Positions 1 to 8,421 of a stretch of 64,000 bases of DNA are shown one piece after another. Position 1 is the first letter of the stretch; every line of letters starts with the position of its first letter. The DNA comes from an uncultured delta proteobacterium (GTDB taxonomy: Bacteria > Desulfobacterota > Desulfomonilia > UBA1062): the NCBI GenBank assembly GCA_963752595.1, contig CAVVYZ010000002.1, positions 288,001-352,000 on the forward strand, in the 5' to 3' direction. The translations under genes were made by a program, and so were the position numbers. The notes under the pieces are model-generated. The model searched no databases. It was not told the origin of the DNA and saw only the letters and a program-made list of their open reading frames with translations.

Positions 1-1786
1 CATCCTGTTCAGAATACGGCCGGCTGCTCTCGCGCACGAATTGCAGGATATGGGTTACATCTTTTTCAGTAAGGCCTTTGCATCCTTTGAGGTCTTCGCG
101 CTTCAGCCGCGATATCTCCGGTACATGAGCGGTGTGCATGAGGATCGAGCGGGCCTTTTTCGGCCCTATCCCCGGTATATCCTCCAGCGCGGTAGATATG
201 TTCTTTCCCCGGAGATGCTTGTGGTATTTCACGGCAAAGCGGTGGGCTTCGTCCCTGATCTGCTGCATCAACCTGAGGGCCTGACTCCTTGGGGGCAGGA
301 TGATGGCGTCCTTTCTTCCGGGGAGGAAGAACCGGTCTCCCTTCGTGCCCTTGGGCTTTGCCATGGCAACGACCGGGAGAGAGGAAAGGCCGAGGCGGGC
401 GAGCACTTTGCAGCATATGCCGAGCTGGCCCTTGCCTCCATCGATTATGAGAAGGTCCGGCTTTATCTCGCTGCTGCAGAGCCTCCTCGTCAGCACCTGC
501 TCCATCATGGCGAAATCGTCCTGGCCTTGGATGTCCCTGATGCGGTAGTGCCTGTAGAGGGTCTTGTCCGGCTCGGAACCCATGAAAACCGCCCGCGAAG
601 CCACTGGATGGCTCCCCTGGAAGGATGAGATGTCGAAGCATTCCATGCGGTAGGGCAGAGATTCCAGGTTGAAGGAGCGGGCGACATCATCCAGTACGGA
701 TGTGTCGTTCTTCTTTCCGTATGACCGGGCGTTTTCCTGTGCCATGCTCACCCACAGCCTGGGTTTGCCGCGGACAGCCTTGCGGATGGAGACCCTTGAA
801 CCTCTCAAGTCCGAGAGGATCTGCTCCAGGATGTCGTTTCCCTCGGGCAGGGTGTCCGTATAGATGAAGGGTGGGATATTGTTGTTGTGAAGATAGAACT
901 GGAGGATGCAGTTCGTCATGAAGCCATCTTCTTCGGTGTTGCGCACGGCAAAGGTGCTGCTGTCGGTCAGGGTGCCTTTGGCGATGTGCAGGACTGCGAT
1001 CTGCACCTGGTCCTGGTGCCGGTGGGTGCCGAAGATGTCGATGTCGGTAGGGGCGTTTCCGACGACCACCTGGGGCACGAGGCTTTCCTGTATCGCCAGG
1101 ATCTGGTCGCGGATTTTTGCAGCGGTTTCGTAATTCTGCCTGGCCGCCTCCTTCTTCATGCGCTCCTGGAGCCTCTGTTCGAGGAAACTGTTCTTGCCTT
1201 CCAGGAAGGTGATAAGGTCCTCCACGACTTCGTCGTAGCGGGCCTTGGTGATTCTGTTTGCACAGGGGCCGGTGCACAGCCCTATCTGATAGTACATGCA
1301 CGGCCTTATCCTGTTCTTGAAAACGGAGTCCTTGCACCTTCTCAAAGGAAATATCCTGTTGATCGCCCTCAGCGTAGTTCTGATCGCATATGCCGACGAG
1401 TAGGGGCCGAAGTAGCGGGCACCGTCTTTGAGAACCTTCCGGGTGATCGATATCCGCGGCCACTGCTCACTGGCGCTGATCTTGATGCGCACATAGGTCT
1501 TGCCGTCCTTGAGGTCGACATTGAAGCGGGGCTTGTGGGTCTTGATGAGCTGGTTCTCCAGAAATAAGGCTTCTTTTTCATTCCTGGTGATGATGAAATC
1601 CACGGTTTCGGTCTGATCCGCGATATACGGGACATTCGGCCTCGTATCCTGCCCGAGGTAGGCATGGACCCGTACTTTCAGGTCTTTTGCCTTGCCGATA
1701 TAGATGATTTTCCGCTCGGCGTTTTTCATGAGGTATACGCCCGTAGAGCGAGGCAGCTTCTCGATGATCTCCTGATTGAGGGCCAT
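1..1786 (-). CDS. uvrC: Excinuclease ABC subunit C (runs off the left edge, nearly complete)
   Basis: Manual translation from ATG at 1786 gives MALNQEIIEKLPRSTGVYLMKNAERKIIYIGKAKDLKVRV (GIY-YIG), and later ECFDISS and IRDEAHRFA. It is absent from the ORF track because there is no stop in the window. Confidence 0.95.
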   Translation of the reverse strand, partial: MALNQEIIEKLPRSTGVYLMKNAERKIIYIGKAKDLKVRVHAYLGQDTRPNVPYIADQTETVDFIITRNEKEALFLENQLIKTHKPRFNVDLKDGKTYVRIKISASEQWPRISITRKVLKDGARYFGPYSSAYAIRTTLRAINRIFPLRRCKDSVFKNRIRPCMYYQIGLCTGPCANRITKARYDEVVEDLITFLEGKNSFLEQRLQERMKKEAARQNYETAAKIRDQILAIQESLVPQVVVGNAPTDIDIFGTHRHQDQVQIAVLHIAKGTLTDSSTFAVRNTEEDGFMTNCILQFYLHNNNIPPFIYTDTLPEGNDILEQILSDLRGSRVSIRKAVRGKPRLWVSMAQENARSYGKKNDTSVLDDVARSFNLESLPYRMECFDISSFQGSHPVASRAVFMGSEPDKTLYRHYRIRDIQGQDDFAMMEQVLTRRLCSSEIKPDLLIIDGGKGQLGICCKVLARLGLSSLPVVAMAKPKGTKGDRFFLPGRKDAIILPPRSQALRLMQQIRDEAHRFAVKYHKHLRGKNISTALEDIPGIGPKKARSILMHTAHVPEISRLKREDLKGCKGLTEKDVTHILQFVRESSRPYSEQD

Positions 1787-1853
1787 AAATTTTCCTTACC
1801 ATGAATAGTATATCATAGCAAACAACTCTGATAGGAAGCAGGAAGCAGGCTTC

Positions 1854-1883
1854 TTGACACCTCGATACACCCCGCGATATGGT
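1854..1883 (+). promoter_or_regulatory. Candidate sigma70 promoter for pth
   Basis: TTGACA (1854-1859), 18-bp spacer, TATGGT (1878-1883). Confidence 0.5.
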
Positions 1884-1918
1884 AGCAATGTTCGTTTATT
1901 ATACATTAAGGTGCAAAG

Positions 1919-2497
1919 ATGAAAATAATATACGGTTTGGGAAATCCCGGAAGGCGGTATGCGAACACGCGTCACAACATCGGGTTTCTGGTCGCCGACT
2001 TCCTGTCTTCCAAATGGCGTATTCCCTTAACATACGGGACGGGTGAGCTGGTGTGCGGCAAAGGCACGGCTCGGAGAACTCCCGTGCTGATAGCAAAGCC
2101 GCAAACATATATGAACCTGAGCGGCATGCCGCTGCGAAAATTAAGTTTTGAGCTCGAAGACCTCATCGTGATCCACGACGACATGGATATCCCTGCAGGA
2201 AAAGTCCGCGTGAAGCTCGGCGGCGGGACCGGAGGGCATAAGGGGCTTGACTCCATCACCAGTGCCATCGAGGCCGACGGATATGTGCGGATTCGATGCG
2301 GCATCGGCAGGCCGGAAGACGGATCCGACCCAAGTGACTATGTCCTCGGAGCATTCACGGGAGAGGAACTTCCGGTTGTGAGGAAGCAGATCGAAGATGC
2401 GGCCTCTGCCGTCGAGATGTGCCTGAGGGAAGGCGTGGCAAAGGCAATGAACACCTTCAACAAACGCGACAGGGAAAATAAGGATAGTGATGCATAG
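1919..2497 (+). CDS. pth: Peptidyl-tRNA hydrolase
   Basis: Motifs GLGNPG, TRHNIGF, KPQTYMNLSG, HDDMD, GGHKGL, RIRCGIGRP. Confidence 0.97.
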   Translation: MKIIYGLGNPGRRYANTRHNIGFLVADFLSSKWRIPLTYGTGELVCGKGTARRTPVLIAKPQTYMNLSGMPLRKLSFELEDLIVIHDDMDIPAGKVRVKLGGGTGGHKGLDSITSAIEADGYVRIRCGIGRPEDGSDPSDYVLGAFTGEELPVVRKQIEDAASAVEMCLREGVAKAMNTFNKRDRENKDSDA

Positions 2498-2646
2498 AAC
2501 CCCGCCATCGACAATATCCTTCTCGTGTCAGGATGTATCCGGGCGGGAGAAATTCATCTCTTGGCTTGGGGGGAGTGAGGATTACTATTTTCTGTAGAGA
2601 CTTTTCGGAAGTCCAAAGGCCGTCCGAGCAATAAGCAGGTATTTCC

Positions 2647-3300
2647 ATGGATGATTCCCGCTTACTGATGATTGAATCAGCACCGTTGCGCTACCTCATT
2701 TCTGTTCCCAACCTCCCTGCACCGAAAACGGAAATGTGGCCGGTCCTCTGTTTTCTCCATGGATACGACGAGGCCGCGCCGCTGGAAATCCGGAAGGCCC
2801 TTACCCGCCACGGCCCCTTAAGGAAAGGGAGCTCGTCAAGGGCAGCCAATGAGTTCATAATTATCGCTCCCCAAGTGCCTGCTCCCGGCGGGGATGTATG
2901 GTACCAATACGAGGATGATGTCCTGCGGATCGTCGACGAGGCCCGGAGAATCTATCAGGGGGACGAGGACCGAACGTATCTGACCGGCTTCAGCTTCGGA
3001 GGGAGTGGGGTTTTTGATCTTGCATTGATCCAGTATGATTTCTGGGCAGCTCTCTGGCCGGTGGATCCCACGCGAATACCGGACAGCGACCCTGGATGCC
3101 CGGTCTGGCTTTCATTCGGAGAAATCTCCCGGAGAGCCAAGAATGGTTTTATCCGTGAATTGGGGTTGAAGCCGGCACACAGCACCATAGAGGCTGACCG
3201 TATCTATCTCGATCAGGGCCAGGATCACGTGGGGTCGGCTACGCTGGCATACCGGGATGACCGGATCTATTCCTGGCTTCTTTCAAAAAGCCTGAAATAA
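2647..3300 (+). CDS. Alpha/beta-hydrolase (predicted peptidase/esterase family)
   Basis: PVLCFLHG, DRTYLTGFSFGG nucleophile elbow, C-terminal His (QDHVG). Confidence 0.75.
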   Translation: MDDSRLLMIESAPLRYLISVPNLPAPKTEMWPVLCFLHGYDEAAPLEIRKALTRHGPLRKGSSSRAANEFIIIAPQVPAPGGDVWYQYEDDVLRIVDEARRIYQGDEDRTYLTGFSFGGSGVFDLALIQYDFWAALWPVDPTRIPDSDPGCPVWLSFGEISRRAKNGFIRELGLKPAHSTIEADRIYLDQGQDHVGSATLAYRDDRIYSWLLSKSLK

Positions 3301-3638
3301 AAAAACGATCCTGCACCAGGCAAAAAACTTAAATTATTTCAATCATACAAAAATAAATTATCCACGGTTCGATCATTCCCATATGTAAATATGCCTCTAT
3401 AGACAGATGTGAAAATATTAATATGGTTAACTGAACGATTATAATAATAATTAATAATAAAATATAATATTGGAGAAATTAAATCATTCCAAAGCCAACA
3501 ATTCAAGGAGATAAGAAAAGCTTGACCTTTGGATTTCATATGGGTATAGGGGAATCAGCTACCACACTACTTCAGGAGATATCTTTCCTGGTAGTGTAAT
3601 TGCTCAATCGACTAACCTGAAATATTGAGTGGGGTATT

Positions 3639-5408
3639 ATGAATGTGTTGAGGAAGGTATCGAGGGTTGGGCACTGTGGAAGGGCGATGTTCTCCATGTT
3701 CCTTGTCGTGGTCTTTCTGATCGCTTCAGGGGATTGTGCGAGAGGATATATTAGAAATTATGAGTTGAATAAGGCTCCCAAGAACCAGGAGTCGAAGCTC
3801 ATCGCTTCATTCTACAAAGGGCAGAGCCGGGAAATCCCTGCCGGGCAGGCGGAGCCTATCAGCAGATCCTACACCGTCGAAGACGGGGACACCTTTTTCG
3901 AAATCCTGAAAACAAACGGCGTGTCCGGGGAAGATGCGCTATCGATTATCAAAAAAACCCGGCGCGTTTTCAATGTATCCAAGATCAAGCCCGGAAACCA
4001 GATCCAGCTCATTTTTTCTCCCAATGACCAGAGCCTGATCGAACTCAATTACGAAATCTCCGATTTGAAGAAGCTCGTGATCACTGTGTCTGGTGAGAGG
4101 ATCAAGGCTCGGAAGGTCGAGGTGGACAAAGAGGAGCACTTTATCCCTGCAAACGAATATGCACTGGTTCAGGATGAGTATCCAAGCATGCAGGCTCAAC
4201 CGGCCGAACGCCCCCAGGGGAGTGAACGGACGGCCATGGAAAAGCAGGAAAGCTCAGTACCCGGCAAGCGGCAGATCGATATAAAGGTGAAAAAAGGGCA
4301 CAGCCTGTTCGATATACTCAGTGATCTCGGTGTCGGGAGAAGTGAAATCGATACGTTCACGAAGTCGGTAAAAGGCGTGTATAACCTTGCATCCATCAGG
4401 CCTGAGAAAACCATCAGCATCTGGCTCTCCCAGGAAAAGCCCTCACAAATCGAGAGACTGACCTACGAGGTAAACGATACCGACTACCTCGACGTTACCG
4501 CCGAGGAAGGCTCTTTTCTCGCCAGGATGCGGACTTTGACCAGAGACGTACGCTTTGAGAGTGCAAGCGGTAAGATCGGAAGCAGCCTGTACGGATCGGC
4601 GGTAGCAGGAGGGGTCAATCCCGAGATCGTGATGAAGCTGGCAGATATATTTGCCTACGATATCAACTTCTTCACCGGGATTCACCCGGGAGATACCTAT
4701 TCAGTGCTCTACGAGAAATACTACGTGAAGGATCAGTTCAAGGGGTACGGAAGGGTCATGGCAGCCAAATTCGTCAACCAGGGCGTGGAACATGTGGCCG
4801 TTTACTATGACAACAAACGCAAGGACGTTCAGGGGTATTACGATGCCAAAGGACGGCCGATCAAGAAGATGTTCCTGAAGGCGCCGCTCAGTTACCGGCG
4901 CATATCATCAAGTTTCTCCCGTAACCGGCTGCACCCCATCTCCGGAGTGGTAAGGCCTCACCTGGGGGTAGATTATGCAGCACCATCAGGCACCCCGGTG
5001 TGCTCTCTCGGTCCGGGCAGGGTGGTCTACAGGGGCTGGGTGAACGGTTTTGGAAATACCATCCGGGTCAGGCATCCTGAAGGGTATATTTCCTACTACG
5101 GGCATCTTTCGAGATTCGCCAAGAGGATTGCCATGGGCAAAAAAGTCGATCAGGGAGACACAATCGGATATGTCGGTTCAACAGGATATTCCACCGGTCC
5201 TCACCTGGATTTCAGAGTAAGCTGCAATGGTAAATACATCAATCCGCTTGGCATCAAGAACGTGAACGGTCCTGCCTTGCGCGGTCGAACCCTGGCGGAT
5301 TTCAAGCGTGTATCCAACCAGAGGCTTGCCATGATGGAAAACATGAGCCGGAGCATCGCTCTGGCAATACCTAATCAGTCCGGTAAAGACAGCCGGGGTG
5401 TCAATTAG
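3639..5408 (+). CDS. M23 peptidoglycan DD-endopeptidase (MepM/Csd3-like) with duplicated N-terminal OapA/LysM-like domain
   Basis: N-terminal hydrophobic anchor, HLGVDYAA (HxxxD), YGHLS, STGPHLDF (HxH). Confidence 0.9.
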   Translation: MNVLRKVSRVGHCGRAMFSMFLVVVFLIASGDCARGYIRNYELNKAPKNQESKLIASFYKGQSREIPAGQAEPISRSYTVEDGDTFFEILKTNGVSGEDALSIIKKTRRVFNVSKIKPGNQIQLIFSPNDQSLIELNYEISDLKKLVITVSGERIKARKVEVDKEEHFIPANEYALVQDEYPSMQAQPAERPQGSERTAMEKQESSVPGKRQIDIKVKKGHSLFDILSDLGVGRSEIDTFTKSVKGVYNLASIRPEKTISIWLSQEKPSQIERLTYEVNDTDYLDVTAEEGSFLARMRTLTRDVRFESASGKIGSSLYGSAVAGGVNPEIVMKLADIFAYDINFFTGIHPGDTYSVLYEKYYVKDQFKGYGRVMAAKFVNQGVEHVAVYYDNKRKDVQGYYDAKGRPIKKMFLKAPLSYRRISSSFSRNRLHPISGVVRPHLGVDYAAPSGTPVCSLGPGRVVYRGWVNGFGNTIRVRHPEGYISYYGHLSRFAKRIAMGKKVDQGDTIGYVGSTGYSTGPHLDFRVSCNGKYINPLGIKNVNGPALRGRTLADFKRVSNQRLAMMENMSRSIALAIPNQSGKDSRGVN

Positions 5409-5630
5409 CCTCCCTGCGATCGTATATGGGTGCCCTACGCCCTGCAGGGTTTAAGGAGACGATCCTTACGCTTACCTGACACCTTTTATGGCATCTGTCG
5501 AATTAAGGGTTGACGTCCCCTCTGCAAGTCTGCAATGCTTGCCCTGAAACATGAAGAGAGTTGTAAGAAGCGCTGCCTTTTCAAATCAGATACCAAACCA
5601 GGACACGGATTGAAAGCCACAGACACCGCC

Positions 5631-6971
5631 ATGAAACCTTCAGATGCTGTCCGGAAGAAAACCGGCCGTACAATTTCCATCCTGCGGTCATTCCGCTCAA
5701 AAAACTACCGGCTTTTCTTTACCGGTCAAAGTTTTTCCCTTATCGGCACCTGGATGCAGCAGGTCGCCATGAGTTGGCTTGTGTACCGCCTTACAGGTTC
5801 GGCGCTCCTCTTGGGCGTCGTAGGCTTCGTGAGCCAGATACCTACTTTGCTCGTCGCTCCTATTGCAGGCGTTCTTGCCGACCGGTGGAACAGGCGAAAT
5901 CTCATCCTTGCAACACAAGGCCTTGCCATGGTGCAGGCCTTTATCCTGGCCTGGCTCGTGCTGGCCGGGAACATCAGGGTATGGGAGATCATCCTCTTGA
6001 GCGGGGTGATGGGTGTCATAAACAGTTTTGATGTCCCTTTCCGGCAGGCATTCGTCGTGGAAATGGTCAATGACAAAGATGATCTGGCCAATGCCATTGC
6101 TCTGAATTCCTCCATGTTTCACGGTACCAGGCTCATCGGGCCTTCACTTGCCGGTATCCTCATCGCTTCCGTGGGTGAAGGAGTGTGCTTCCTCATCAAC
6201 GGCATCAGCTATCTGGCTGTTCTCTGCTCCCTTTTGACGATGAAAATACTGCCAAGGCCGGTAACGCCACGTAAGCGCCGCATTCTGCATGAGTTGCAGG
6301 AAGGATTCACGTATGCCTATCAATTTACCCCCATACGTTCCATACTCATGCTGATTGCGCTGGTGAGCCTTCTCGGCATACCCTATGTCGTCCTGATGCC
6401 GGTTTTTGCCAGGGAGATACTCCATGGCGGTCCGCACACGTTCGGGTTCCTCATGACCGCTTCAGGGGTCGGCTCATTCACCGCTGCCCTCTATCTTGCC
6501 TCACGGAGGAGCATCCTCGGTCTGGAAAGGATCATTGCCGCTGCTCCGGCTCTCTTCGGCCTCAGCATCGCAGCATTTGCATTTTCCTCCATGACGTGGC
6601 TTTCTCTGGCCATTCTTGTGTTTGCAGGATTCGGTATGATGATCCATATTGCATCGAGCAACACGGTGATTCAGACGTTGGTCGACGATGACAAACGGGG
6701 ACGGATCATGAGCTTATATACTATGGCATTCATGGGAATGGCCCCGTTCGGGAGCCTTCTGGCAGGGGCGCTGGCCGGACAAATCGGTGCACCCCGAACC
6801 GTCATGCTGGGAGGCCTTTGCTGCATCCTGGGAGCCGCCGTCTTCTCACTCAAGCTGCCCAAGTTCAGAAAGGGCGCCCGTCCTGTATATGAGCGGCAGG
6901 GGATCATCCCGGCAGGCGGGTCAGCGGCCGATTCCGCGGCAGAGCTTGCCAAGACCCAGGAAGAACAGTAG
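5631..6971 (+). CDS. MFS transporter (MFS_3/EntS-like)
   Basis: About 12 hydrophobic segments; NYRLFFTGQSFSLIGTWMQ, AGVLADRWNRR, DDDKRGRIMS. The start is taken at ATG 5631; the ORF is open from 5535. Confidence 0.9.
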   Translation: MKPSDAVRKKTGRTISILRSFRSKNYRLFFTGQSFSLIGTWMQQVAMSWLVYRLTGSALLLGVVGFVSQIPTLLVAPIAGVLADRWNRRNLILATQGLAMVQAFILAWLVLAGNIRVWEIILLSGVMGVINSFDVPFRQAFVVEMVNDKDDLANAIALNSSMFHGTRLIGPSLAGILIASVGEGVCFLINGISYLAVLCSLLTMKILPRPVTPRKRRILHELQEGFTYAYQFTPIRSILMLIALVSLLGIPYVVLMPVFAREILHGGPHTFGFLMTASGVGSFTAALYLASRRSILGLERIIAAAPALFGLSIAAFAFSSMTWLSLAILVFAGFGMMIHIASSNTVIQTLVDDDKRGRIMSLYTMAFMGMAPFGSLLAGALAGQIGAPRTVMLGGLCCILGAAVFSLKLPKFRKGARPVYERQGIIPAGGSAADSAAELAKTQEEQ

Positions 6972-6995
6972 AAGCTATCCGATAGCGGACAAGCA

Positions 6996-7035
6996 AATGC
7001 GGCAAGAAGGGCTGTTTTTCCCCTCTTGCCGCATT
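6996..7035. terminator. Hairpin between convergent genes, probable bidirectional terminator
   Basis: Inverted repeat AATGCGGCAAGAAGGG ... CCCTCTTGCCGCATT. Confidence 0.6.
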
Positions 7036-7086
7036 CACGATGCAGCCGGTTCCCAGTGCCGATACGGCAGTATGCGGAAGGTCCTT

Positions 7087-7860
7087 TTATTTCTTTCCTT
7101 TTCCTTCGTGCTTATTCTCTTTCCAAATTATATCCCCGCCGCTTTTGACAGAGCTGTTCTTTTCCTTGCCGCCGCTGTGCACGGCCTTCTCAGCGCCGCC
7201 TTTGCCCTTACTTTTGACAGAGCTGTTCTTTCCTTTGTCACCACCGCCGCGCTTGTGTTTTTCCTGCCTGATGTCCTGATCGATGACCGTAAATTTCCTG
7301 CCATCGGACCGATACTTCATGACCTGGTCAGGGGAATATCCGTAGCGATCAGATATGAACTTCAGGTTCACCTGATTGACGACATCGTCATCACTGAGAG
7401 ATATTTTTTTCCACTCCTGACGCTTGGGATGGTTTTTGTAATAGCCGTAGGCATGCCCGTGCGGGCGGCGGTCCTCGATGATCGTCACCGGGACATAATA
7501 AATCTCAGGGCTCAGACCGAAATGCAGCGTGATATCCATCCAGCTCATGCCCCTCAAGTGAAGATCCACGATAGCGCCGGGAGACACGCGAGCATTTTTT
7601 GCAAGGTAAAAAACAACGGGGAGCTCTTCATCATAAACCCCGCGGTCACGGATGATAACCACATCTCTTTCAGGGACATGGTAGTAATCACCGACAGAAA
7701 GATGAAATCCGTCTATGCCGTCTTTACCGCCTGAAATTCCCACGTCCCACTGGGTCTCTGCGATGGCCGGAGTGCTAAAGGCAAAGAGGCTTATGGCGCT
7801 CGCCAGAATGGCGATTAAGAAGCAGTGAAAAGCCGGTAATTCTTTCATTGTATTCTTCAT
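7087..7860 (-). CDS. Secreted hypothetical protein with Lys/Gly-rich repeated tail
   Basis: AGGAG Shine-Dalgarno (SD) before ATG 7860, signal peptide (ILASAISLFAFSTPAIA), PHGHAYGYYK motif, and KNSSVKS twice (DNA repeat CTTTTGACAGAGCTGTTCTTT at ~7142 and ~7211). Confidence 0.75.
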   Translation of the reverse strand: MKNTMKELPAFHCFLIAILASAISLFAFSTPAIAETQWDVGISGGKDGIDGFHLSVGDYYHVPERDVVIIRDRGVYDEELPVVFYLAKNARVSPGAIVDLHLRGMSWMDITLHFGLSPEIYYVPVTIIEDRRPHGHAYGYYKNHPKRQEWKKISLSDDDVVNQVNLKFISDRYGYSPDQVMKYRSDGRKFTVIDQDIRQEKHKRGGGDKGKNSSVKSKGKGGAEKAVHSGGKEKNSSVKSGGDIIWKENKHEGKGKK

Positions 7861-8421
7861 TTTATTATCTCCTTTTTCCCAAGAAAACGATAGGCTCATA
7901 TACGTTGCTATTCCTGAACATGATGGATAGGCCAGGCAGTAGGCGAAGCGGATTGTTGAAAAAATACCACAGGGTTTTGCCGCCGGTGAGCAGCACCGTC
8001 GAGGCGGATCCTACGCCGGTGCACATTCAAAAACCTCCACGCCCATTCCATATGCCTTTCCATCAGTTATATTCAAAAACCGTGCTCAACCAGAATATAT
8101 TTCCGATAAACTATATAACTCTATGAATCAACATGTTATCTGAGCACCTGTCATGTATGGACTTTATCGGTTCCCGGCATAGAGTATGACCTATGTGTAA
8201 CCTTTTGTACTCATTTTGTCATCAGGCGAATTACCGGAATGCTGTACCCATCGCCGGATCTTCATTTCGTATGCCTTGCTGGCCAGTTCGTCCTCTTACG
8301 ACTTGCATTGCGGGTACCCAGGGGAGAGGATACAGGAGAGGGGATAACTACTCCCTTGAACGTATGATGCCGAATGAGCGGCAATATATCTGCCGGTCTG
8401 CCCCTTTCCCAAAGAGCCGGT

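Noticed and set aside
41-1802. Track ORFs 41-628, 66-641, 687-1463 and 887-1567
   Set aside because: These are shadow frames of uvrC, which occupies another minus-strand frame and runs off the window.
8026-8088. Repeated ATTCAAAAACC and a sigma54-like GAGCACGGTTTTTGAAT on the minus strand
   Set aside because: It lacks both the invariant GG at -24 and the GC at -12, so it is too weak to call.
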